From assembly GCF_009914755.1 (NCBI RefSeq), contig NC_060933.1: 64,000 nt of DNA; one strand, written 5' to 3'. The notes beneath the pieces were generated by a model. That model made no database searches. It saw nothing but the letters and a program-made list of their open reading frames with translations, and had not been told where the DNA came from. The translations under genes and the position numbers were made by a program. Position 1 is the first letter of the stretch. Each line of letters starts with the position of its first letter. This document shows, one piece after another, positions 18,492 to 43,480 of the stretch. Source of the stretch: the human T2T-CHM13v2.0 reference genome, Homo sapiens.

Positions 18492-18767
18492 CTAGGAAGG
18501 ATCAAAAAAAAATCCCAGTCATGTCTTCAAAGAGGCCGCAGGGGCTCCCAAGTAAGGCCAAAACTAGGCCGAGCGTGGTGGCTCGCATCTGTAAACCCAG
18601 CACTTTGGGAGGCTGAGGCAGGTGGATCATTTGAGGTCAGGAGTTCCAGATCAGCCTAACCAACATGGTGAAACCTGGGATTACAGGTGTGAGCCACCGC
18701 GCCCAGCCCAAGACTGTTTCTTTTTGTTTGTTTTTGGTTTTTTGTTGTTGTTTGTTTGTTTTTTTGA

Positions 18768-18926
<159 letters not shown>

Positions 18927-19490
18927 TAGTAGAGACGGGGTTTCTCCATGTTGGTCAGGTTGGTCTCAAACTCCCAACCTCAGGTGATCCGCCCGCCTCA
19001 GCCTCCCAAAGTGCTGGGATTACAGGTGTGAGCCACCACATACAGCCCAAGACTTGGTTTCTAATGCTGGCTCTACCACTTACAGGCTGGGGATTTGGGC
19101 AAACTCCTTTGGCTGTCTAGGCCTCAGATTCACCTAAATAAACCGGGGAGGATCGTTCTCACCTCCCACAACTTGCTGACATGTATCCAATTGGCTTTGT
19201 AAATGGCCTGCCCACTACGGTCCCAGATGAACGTCTTCACCCCTCCCACGCAGCCATCCAGCTTGGCCCCCAGGTGGCTCAGTCTCAAGGAAGACACCAG
19301 AGTCTGGCTGGGAGCTTCCCCAGGTCAGGTGCGGAAATAAGTAAGGCCTTCCTCCAAATCAGAGGCCAAGGCCCTTTCCTTGCTCCAGCTCCACTGAATG
19401 GTGCACCCCCTCTGCCATTGCCACCCCTGCCTTTGCAGGAATGAGAGCACAGGGCACCCGGGCGCAGGTCAGGTTTTCAGCATCAGTTAC

Positions 19491-19599
19491 CTCCTCAATC
19501 TCTTTGCTGGCAGCTCGGACGCCTCACAAGGCTCAGGCTCAGGTGCTGGAGTGCGTTTTTCCTTGGCGATGTCCTCTGGGCAGGGCGGTAAATCTTGGT
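19491..19599 (-). CDS. CIZ1: CIZ1 exon 7
   Basis: (D)QDLPPCPEDIAKEKRTPAPEPEPCEASELPAKRLR(S); 109 nt. Confidence 0.95.
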
Positions 19600-19796
19600 C
19601 TGGAATGGAGGCATGAGCGAGGGAACTCATGTTGGGAAGAGCAAGCATCTCTGACCTCCAAGAGATGGGGCCTGGGCTCCCCGCCTTCCCACCAAGAACC
19701 CCTGCCTCCCACACCTGCCTCTATCACCTGCTGACCCGCCCACTGGCCCCACCCCATTCATGTCCCTCTGAAGGGCCAGCAGCCTCCCTCCCTCAC

Positions 19797-19890
19797 CTTC
19801 TGGTGTGTCCATCCGGGGCTCTGCGGCTTCCTCAGACCCCTCTGGGGGGTCTGACTTGTCTTCCACAGGCATTGTCTGAGAAGAAGAATC
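19797..19890 (-). CDS. CIZ1: CIZ1 exon 6
   Basis: DSSSQTMPVEDKSDPPEGSEEAAEPRMDTPE; 94 nt. Confidence 0.94.
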
Positions 19891-20196
19891 CTGCTTCCTT
19901 TCAGAAACTATGTTGACATCCAATACCCACCCCTATCAATACCCCCTTGCCCAAGGGCAGCTGCCCCCCATCCTCCAGGGGATGACAGGGCCCTGAGGAC
20001 CTCTGGTGGGCCTGGCCCCAGAGTTGCCGAGTGGATGATCTTAGTAAAAATGTCCCAACCATGGTGTCTAGGGGATTCTACCTAGTTGTCTGTTAAATAA
20101 ACCCAGGTTTGGAGGACACAAAGCCTTCTCCTGGCCACAGTGCTACCTCCTGACCTGACTTCCCACCCAGTTTTACATGAAGTAGCCAGTGGGGTC

Positions 20197-21512
<1,316 letters not shown>

Positions 21513-22779
21513 CCAGTGGGGTCCTTCTAAAATGCAAAGCTGATCATGTCTCTTCTTCCAGGCTTAAAGCCCTCCCATGGCTTCCTGCAGCCCTGGTGCA
21601 CGCCTTACGCCAAGCCTGAAAACACTCTGCACACCCACCCCTTCCCTGCACAAACGGGCCTCTGCACACTACCTGCCCCGGCCATGCCCCCGCAACCAGC
21701 CCTCTCTGCTTATCTACCTTGGCCTTCTCTCTGGTCAAGCCCCAGGCCCGTCCCTGCCCCTAGGCCTTCACTTAGAGCCTCAGAAGCACTTCTTGCAGGA
21801 AGCCCTCCAGACTCCAGAATGGGTCCAGAACCTACTTCCTTTTCGTGGCATTTCTGTATTCTTTTTTTTTTTCTTCCATAGAGCCAGGGTCTCACTGTGT
21901 TTCCTAGGCTAGTCTCGAACTCCTGGGCTCAACTGATCCTCCTGCCTTGGCCTTCCATAGTGCTGGGATTACAGGCATGAGTCATTGCACCCGGCCTCCA
22001 CAGTCTTAATTAATTGGTTGGAGCATTATTTGCATTAATATCTCTCACCACCCTCCCCATTCCTGTCCAAGACCTCAGGGAGGGCCAGGCCGGATGTATC
22101 ATCTGCACCAGGGAGTCCCCTGCAGGGGCTTCCAGATGTCTGCTAAATGAACACACAGCTCTCTCTGGCCAGTCCAAGGCACCCCAGGAGGCCACCAGAA
22201 GCCTGCAGCCTCCCTCCCTCCCTCCTGCTAAGCCCAAGGAATGAGCACTGAGCAGGGAATGGTAATCTGGACACATCCATACTCTGCCCTTCAGAAACTA
22301 CCTAGCTGTCACCCTGCACGAAACAGGCACCAGCCTGAGAGTCAGGAGGCCTGGGCTCTGGGTCCACCTAGACAGCTGTGGGGCGCAGGACCAACCGCAC
22401 CCCAATCTCTAAGCCTGGGTTTTTCCATACGTAAAAAAATGAGGGCAGGGCGGGTTAGACACTAGACCAGATCTGTGATGACAGGCCCGTTGGAAGGCTG
22501 GAGGCGGGGCCCCTCGCTGAAGGAAAATGCCTTACCTCCAGAAGTGGCCCGCCCTGGAGTGGCCAGCAAAGGGGGCATTGCCCCTGCGCTGGAATACACC
22601 CAGAAGCAGGGTGTGAGCAGGAGCTGCGGAGACCTTCAGGGACAGGACAGTCTAGGGAGGGGGTGAGCCCTTTGCAGATCTCCTGCTTATGCCAGGAGAA
22701 AGGTAAACACCTCTCAAACACACAAGGAGCCAGGGGGCTGTGGGCTGGAACCTATAGCCGGCAACAGCGTATAGCTTAG

Positions 22780-24375
<1,596 letters not shown>

Positions 24376-24618
24376 AAGTAAATGATAGTACTGGTAGTGT
24401 TTGGGCATGGCAAAAATCCCTTCGTTGATAAAAGAATATTTGAAGTTTGGGAAACGCTAAACAAGTCCATTCCCGCCCCCCTCATTTTACAGATGAGGAA
24501 ACTGAGGCATAAAGGGAGTGTGACCTGTCCGAAGGCCCAGACTGAGCCAGAGCAGGTGGCACTGGGGCTGACACCCAGGGTCCCCTCCCGCCCACTCCCA
24601 TCCCCACCTACCACTCAC

Positions 24619-24848
24619 CTTTCGATTGGGGGTGGTAGAGGAGGAGGTCCGGGCCTGTTTCTGGGGGTTCCGTCCTGAAAGGTTGAACTGGGAAGGGTTC
24701 ATGGGGACCCCAACAGGAGGAGGTCCCAGCAAGGACTGGCGAGTGGCCTGGGGAAAGAACTGTTGCAAATTTGGAGTGGCCAGTTGTGGGGGTGTGAGGC
24801 TGGGGGCTGCGAGGCCTGGGGATGCCATGCCATAGCCTCGGAGGTTAC
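24619..24848 (-). CDS. CIZ1: CIZ1 exon 5
   Basis: (G)NLRGYGMASPGLAAPSLTPPQLATPNLQQFFPQ...SSSTTPNRK; 230 nt. Confidence 0.96.
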
Positions 24849-25889
24849 CTGCAGGCAAGAAGACAGGAGAAGAGGGGTCACAATGTGGTCGGGTGGCAGA
24901 AGGTAGGGTCAGGCATCAGTGCCCCAGAGCATCATGGGAACATCCCAGATAATTGAAAGGGACCTTCCCACCCAAGGGCAGCCAAAGGGAAGAGATGAGA
25001 GCTGAGGCTCAGCCCCATCTTGGGCACTGATGGTGAAGGAAGCTTTAGGGCTCTTTTCTGCCCCAGCTAGGGGTGGGGGTGTTGCCTTTAGCATTCCCCA
25101 AAACCCTGCTCACCCTCAGGCATGCTTTAGAGTCTGCCATAGAGTAGGTGAGAGACTTAGCACAGCCCATAGGGAGAACCAGCAGGAGGGCTGGTCCCTG
25201 GGATAACAAGACACCCACCCCCACCCCTACCAGCTACCCTTTATCAGCAGCAACTATGAGTCAGGCACTGTGCTAAGCCCATTCCTCACACTGCCTCAGT
25301 CCCTCGGCCCAGCAGGTTTCAGGGTGGGTGTTATCTCTACCGATGACAAAACGGAGACAGAGTGGAGGTGCAGCTTGCCCAGGGTCGCTACGAGGGACAC
25401 TGCCATCCACCTACCGCCCCAGCCAGGATTCTGGGGTATTCCTCATTCCTCCCTCTCTTTGCCCTATTCCATGCAAGCCATCCCCACATACTATCAACTC
25501 TGTCTCCTATGCCTCTTCCCAATCTGACTTTCCCGCTCCATCCCCACTCCCACTCCCTGCCTCCTCCCAAAACCACTTGATCCTTTGCCTGAATTCCAGC
25601 CACAGCTTTTGCACAAGATGGCAGCAAACAGCGATCTTTCGCAAACCATATTCTGAGTTCATCTCTCCCTTCTGCCCAAACACTTCCATAGCTCCCTGCT
25701 GTTGGGTAGCAAAGGCCATTCCTCACTGCATGGTCTGGCCCTTCCCACCTTTCCAGCCTCCTTTCTTGCCATTCTCCCCACATGTCCCCACTATATTCCA
25801 GTCACATGTCCCTGTGCCGTCCTTCAGACATCCTGCCTCAGGGCCTTTGAATATGCTGTTCCCTCTGCCTGGGCTGTTCTACCCACTGA

Positions 25890-26312
<423 letters not shown>

Positions 26313-26699
26313 CCTTATCTGCTTTCTGCTTCACATCATCTAACTCAGCTCTGCACCTCAGGGGAAGCCCAGAGCTTGGGAAGTATTTAAGGGATGAAAG
26401 GCAGTTGGAACTCTTGCCCCAGTGCTGGGATGGGAAGCACAGGGGTTAAAGGTTAAAGCATGGCGTGCTGTGAGCGCTGGGTTCAAATCCAGACTCTACA
26501 GTGCAAGCTCTGTGACCTTGAACAAATCACTTCCCCCTGCTTAGCCTGATTTCCTGATCTGTAAAAAGGGGATAATAATAGCACTTGCCTCACAATGTTT
26601 CATGAGTATTCAATGAGATATACAAATGTGCCTGGTACATAGTAAATGTTCAATTAACATTAACTTGAAACAAATACATATACACATATGTGCAGAGAG

Positions 26700-27350
26700 C
26701 CAACCAGCTCTTAAAAACAATAAGACAAAAGATGAAACAACCTAAAAGAAAAATGAACAAAGGACATGGACAAGTCACAAAAAGAAATAAAATGTTCAAC
26801 AGACAAATATAAAATGTTCAATTGCACTAGCACTCTAAGAAATGTAAAACATTCATGACATAGCTTCTTTTTGCCAACCAACTTAATTATATGTATATAT
26901 ACATTTATATATATATATAAAAAGCATATAATACCCAGTGTTGCTGTGGGCATGGTGAGACCGGCAGTGTCATACGTGGCTGGTGGCATTGCAAACTGGT
27001 CCAGTCCTTTAGGAAAGCAATTCGGCAATACTTATCAAGAGCCATAAAACATCCATCCCCCCTGACTCAGTGAGAAAACAATCTCAAACAACATATTCAT
27101 CCCAGGGTTACTTAAAACAGCAAAAAAAAAAAAAAAAACCCAAAACAAAACAAAACAAAAAATTAAAAAAAGCAAAAGAAAGAAAAAAGCAAAAAAAAAA
27201 AAAAGGAAAGAGCCAAACAGCTAAGAAGGTTTAGATAAACAAAGGCATAGCCCTCTGGTGCAATATTAAACAGCTATTAAAAATAATCTTAACACAGATG
27301 ATCAAATCCTATGGTAAACGATCATGCCATTCTATTCAGTGACAAAGAAA
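26700..27350 (+). mobile_element. Ancient L1M fragment (ORF2 3' end) containing CIZ1 exon 4 in antisense
   Basis: + frame from 26936 reads QCCCGHGETGSVIRGWWHCKLVQSFRKAIRQYL, matching the L1 ORF2p Cys-rich motif; A-rich L1-like flanks; boundaries approximate. Confidence 0.85.
26935..27006 (-). CDS. CIZ1: CIZ1 exon 4 (72-nt cassette exon)
   Basis: (G)LDQFAMPPATYDTAGLTMPTATL(G); aag/gtatta; needed to reach 898 aa. Confidence 0.94.
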
Positions 27351-27554
27351 CAGGGTACAGCCTGGGACTTATATCAATCACAATCATCAGATACAAATCC
27401 CCAAGTCTGTGCCTAGAAAAAAAATGGGATGAAAGAGACAAAAATGCTGACTGGTGGTTTTCTTCAGGTGGTGAGTGAGTCAACAGATGACACTGTGGGT
27501 TTTCCTATCCCCATTTTTAACCTTTTTTTCCACTTTAAAGAGTGTGACTTTTAT

Positions 27555-29009
<1,455 letters not shown>

Positions 29010-29398
29010 CTAGAGACAACCACTCAGACATCTGGATGGTCAAGAGGCCCAGGCATCGGCCCAGCTTAGCCACTGCTGATGCAGGGCAAATGATTTCCCT
29101 TCTTAGCTTCTTCACCTGTCAGATGGCATCTAATCTGAATGTGAGTGAAGTGTGCTGAGTATTGCCCAAAGAGCCAGCACCATGGCCAAGGACACACCTC
29201 TGCAATCAGACAGATCTGCATTCAAATTAGCAGCTTAGGGACTTTCACCTCCTGGAGCCTTAGTGTCCTCATGAGTGAACTAGGATGCCAAGAATAGCTC
29301 CCTCTCAGGGTGGCTGTGTGGAGTTGAGATTTAGAGCAATGCGCTGCTAGGGAGCTACCACTAAAAGAGACTGAGAAGAGGCCTGGGGCCATCCATAC

Positions 29399-29514
29399 CT
29401 TGCAACTGCTGTAAAAGCAAAGCTCTCTGCAGCATGGAGCCGTTGAGGAGGGAGGCTGAGTTGGTGCCCTGGAGATTCAGAAGCGGCTGCTGTGGCTGCT
29501 GCGGGGGGAGCCCC
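29399..29514 (-). CDS. CIZ1: CIZ1 exon 3
   Basis: (R)GLPPQQPQQPLLNLQGTNSASLLNGSMLQRALLLQQLQ(G); 116 nt. Confidence 0.95.
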
Positions 29515-29757
29515 CTGTGTGTTGGGAGGGGGTGTCAGAGGGTTATTTGGAAAGTCAGACCTTCCTTCTTCCCCAAGGCTTCTCACCTCCATTCTCTGCC
29601 CCACTCTGTGGTAGACAGAGGACCCCTTGGGGCTGGAATTGGTGATCTCCAGGACTCAAACGGGGATGGCACTGGGAAAAAGGATGGGGATCGGGAGCTC
29701 CGAGACATGGGTCTGAGTAGCAAGGCTGAAGCCATCGCGCCCGAGAGGGGAACTCAC

Positions 29758-29927
29758 CGGCTGACAGCCATGGGCAACGGGGCCTGTGGTGGGGACTGCT
29801 GGAGCAGCTGCTGGAGCTGCAGTAACTGCTGCTGCTGCAATTGCTGCTGCTGGAGCTGCTGCTGCTGTAACTGCTGGAGCTGCTGCTGCTGTTGCTGGAG
29901 CTGCTGCTGCTGCTGCTGGCTGAACAT
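29758..29927 (-). CDS. CIZ1: CIZ1 exon 2 CDS with start codon and polyQ domain (exon begins at 29932)
   Basis: tag|CCACCATG Kozak context; MFSQQQQQQLQQQQQQLQQLQQQQLQQQQLQQQQLLQLQQLLQQSPPQAPLPMAVS(R). Confidence 0.97.
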
Positions 29928-30299
29928 GGTGGCTAGGGGCAGAAAGCAGAGTGAGGCAAGGGGTCCCCACCATAAGTCAGGCCTGCTCCCCTCCCATCCA
30001 CCGCCACTCCCCGCAGCCACAGCCCGCAGAGACTGCTGAGGAGCTTCACAGCTGCATTCCCAGTCCTGCCAAGAGCCTGCCACACTCGCTTGGCCCATCC
30101 TTCCAAGTTACCTCCAGTCCTGCTAGGGGCAAGATTCAACCACCCTCCTGCCAATGCCCCCCAGACACTGCCAACAGCCCCTCCTTCAAGTCCCTCCATC
30201 TCTCCATTTCTGGCGGCTCCATCCTCCCACCCTCAGCCTCAGCCTCTCTCTGCGCCCATCACTTCCTCACTCACAGCCCCTTTTCAATACCGCAACCCT

Positions 30300-31060
30300 C
30301 TCTGGGCCCCCGGGTGTCAATAACATCGGCACCCGTCCAACCCGGTCACCGTGGTCCTGAGCTCCGTGGGACGGCTTCTCTCCACCACCGCCACCTCCTC
30401 GCGCCCCACTCCGCCCGCTCCCACCCCGCCAGCCGCCTCCTCCGCAGACACAGCCAGCTCGCAGGCGGAGCCCCACGACCCAGCCGCCCCCGGCCCCGCA
30501 CCTCGCCTCCCCGCGCGCCCTCAACGCTCAAGTCGCCCCCACGGATGGGCCGGCCCCGCAGCCCCCACGCCTCGGCCGGGCGGCTCCGGCCCGCGGGCTC
30601 CCGGCCTCCCCGCTGCTACTCCGGGGCCTGTGGGCTCGTAAGGCCCAAATGCGGGCGGGGCCGGCCGGGGCAGCGCCCTCTGGGGGACGGGAGGTCCAGG
30701 CGCCTCCGGCCGCGCCACCCGAGCCCGCCCAGTGCACAAGTCACGCTGGGGGGCGGCTGCGGGGCGCTAGCAGGTGCGAGGGGGTCCTGGGCGGCTCATA
30801 CCCTCTGTCCCGCGTCCTCCGCATCGCGAAGGGGAGGCTCGGAGACCAAGGTCCGTCTGCCGCCCGGAAGGGTCAGCCATCCCGCGGGGCATCGAGGGGG
30901 ACTTCCTTCCTGTTCCCAACCCACCTCCCTGCGGCCGCCGCGGTCCTGCGATCCTGGGGCCCCGCGCGGGGCTGCGGTGAGAGGGGGCGCGCAGTTGGCG
31001 GATGTACATTCATTCGAGGGACCCAGGCCAGGCGAGAGGGCGGCCAAGGTCTTACAGTCC
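30300..31060 (-). promoter_or_regulatory. CIZ1: CIZ1 CpG island promoter with non-coding first exon(s); donors after 30502 (GAG|gtgcgg) and 30802 (AGG|gtatga)
   Basis: Very high CpG/GC content, GC boxes, directly upstream of the exon 2 acceptor. Confidence 0.82.
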
Positions 31061-31182
31061 GTCAGGAGTTTGCCCACGGAGGGGTGGAGGGAGAGTCCCC
31101 CTCCAAGTCTTTTCTCAGTAGATTTGGCTAAGGAAGGAGTAGGTGAGGAGGGTCGAGGCCAATTATCAAAAAATAGCCCTAG

Positions 31183-31910
<728 letters not shown>

Positions 31911-31959
31911 GACTAAGTAGCAATTCCGGCTCCCTTTTCTGTGGCTCCCTGCCTTGTGC

Positions 31960-32330
31960 GTGTCACAGCCTGGGCGACTCCTCGCCCTGCCTTCCGCGCC
32001 GACGTTGGGCGGGCAGGGCGCGCGGGGGCGCTGGCGGCGCGCAGACCCGGGCAGGCGGAGCGCGTTGACGGAGGGCGCTCAGGCAGCAGAATTCGCGTGT
32101 CCATAAATCACTGCAGTCATGTGACGAGCGCCGCTCCAAAGCTCTGGACTGGCTCTGCGGCAGATGGGCGGCGGCTGAGGAGCCTAACTCAACCTGGACT
32201 AGTCGTGGAAGAGCTAGGACTTAGAGGCGCGAAAGTGACTCAGCGAGGCCGGAGCGCAGGGTGGCGTCCAGGGCCCCGGGGACGTCGGCGCCTATGGGTG
32301 AACAGGCAGCCTGGAGGGTGGGGACTTCGA
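31960..32330. promoter_or_regulatory. Second CpG-rich element upstream of CIZ1 (E-box, E2F, AP-1/ARE motifs)
   Basis: CpG-dense; GTCATGTGAC 32116-32125, GGCGCGAAA 32226-32234, TGACTCAGC 32236-32244. Confidence 0.6.
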
Positions 32331-32499
32331 ATGCTGGGCTGAGAAGTAGGCTTTATCCTCTAAGGGTAGGGAGCACTGGAGAAGGGTGTGAACCTCATGA
32401 GTGACAGCATCAAATCTGCCAATTAGAAAACCCGCTCCCGTGAAAACCAAGACAGAAGCAGTGAGGAGAGAGGGGCGAGTCAAGACTGCCCAGGCTCTA

Positions 32500-40750
<8,251 letters not shown>

Positions 40751-42269
40751 TTATCATTGGCATCCTCACAGCTGCAGCTTAATAAGGGCCCCCTGAGCAC
40801 TAGGCCTGGGCTGTGCCCTACACAGGCATTTGATCTATTATTATCCCCATTATCCAGATTAGTTAACTGAGGTTCAGAGACGTGGAGGGACCTGGGTCAC
40901 GCAGCTTGTTTAAGGCCCAGATTAGACTCCTAATCCACTCTCTGGTGCTACCAGGGAGAGGGCCTGCTTGTTCCCCATGCCTGCCTCGAAGATTCCTCCC
41001 CACAAGGGTCACTCTCTGATCACCATCTTCACAATAGCAACACCACCCTACCCCGCCCCTGCTTTCTTGCTCTGCAGGGCACGCCATCTAACAGGGCCAT
41101 CGTTATTGCCCTATTTGCATATTGTCTGTCTTTTTCCACTGAATTGTCAGCCACATGTGGGTAAGGACTTTGTCCGTTTTGCTCACTGCTTTATCTCTGG
41201 AGTCTAGCATAGTACCTGGCTCAACAAATACGCATTAAATGGATGAGTAAGTGAACAGTCTCCAATTCACAGACCACTTTGTCAGCAGTGCCCCCACACT
41301 GTTCACAGCGCAGGGAAATGACTCACCGACTCCCCATGAGCACAGTGTAGGCTAGCCTTCCCTTCCTAGCCTCCACCGTGAATACTAATTAGGTTTCTTA
41401 AATGCAGAGATGGACGGCTGGGCTCAGGGCCCCATGGTCTGTCTGTGTGAAAGGGTACGCAGGGTAGGATTGTAGGAGCCCTGGATTTGAATCCCACTGT
41501 TTTACGCTGTTTTACCACCATCCTGATGGGTTGGAGCAAAGACTTCCACTCTCTAGGACAAGAGCTTCCAACTCTCCCAAGAAGGGCCCTCCAGGTGTCA
41601 GGGCCTCTGCACTTGCTGGTCATTCAGCCTGGCATGCTCTTCCCCTGATCTGCTTGCTGCTGGCTCCTTCTCATCATTTTGGTCTCTTCTCAAATGTCAC
41701 TTCTGCAGAGAACACCCCCGACTCCTGCCAAGCCAATGTGAACTTTCCACACCCACAAAGATACCTTTTTTCACCCTGTTTATTTCCTCCATCCCTCTTA
41801 CTATGAATTATTTTCATTTTTACTATTTCATTTATCTGCTTACTTATTTACTGTCTGTCTCCCCAGCTTGATGCAAGATCTATGAGGGCAGAGGCCTTGG
41901 CTGTCTTATTCGTTGCTGAATCTTCAGTGCCTAGGACAGGGCCTGGCTTCTAGCAGGTACCTAGTAAATATTTGTTGAATTCATGTTCCAACTTTCTCCT
42001 TCTAGAAACAAGGAAACTGAGGACCAAAGGCAGAAAAGGACATGTTGGAGATCAGAGTCAGGATTTAGGGATAGAAGCCAGCGAGATGAAGGGGAACTCA
42101 TCTCGGAGTTCTGACCTCTGAGGTCAGGAGGCTGTGACCTCAGAGGAAGCCCATCTGCTCTCCAGGCCTGTTTCCTCATCGGTAAGATGGAGTGAAACAT
42201 CCAGACCACTCTCCAAGAGGCCTGGTACTAGGAGTGAGACCCAACCCATTGACAAATATATTCTGCGCA

Positions 42270-43480
<1,211 letters not shown>

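Noticed and set aside
29434-30039. 201-aa + ORF with poly-Cys
   Set aside because: Antisense of the polyQ CAG tract; composition is explained by CIZ1
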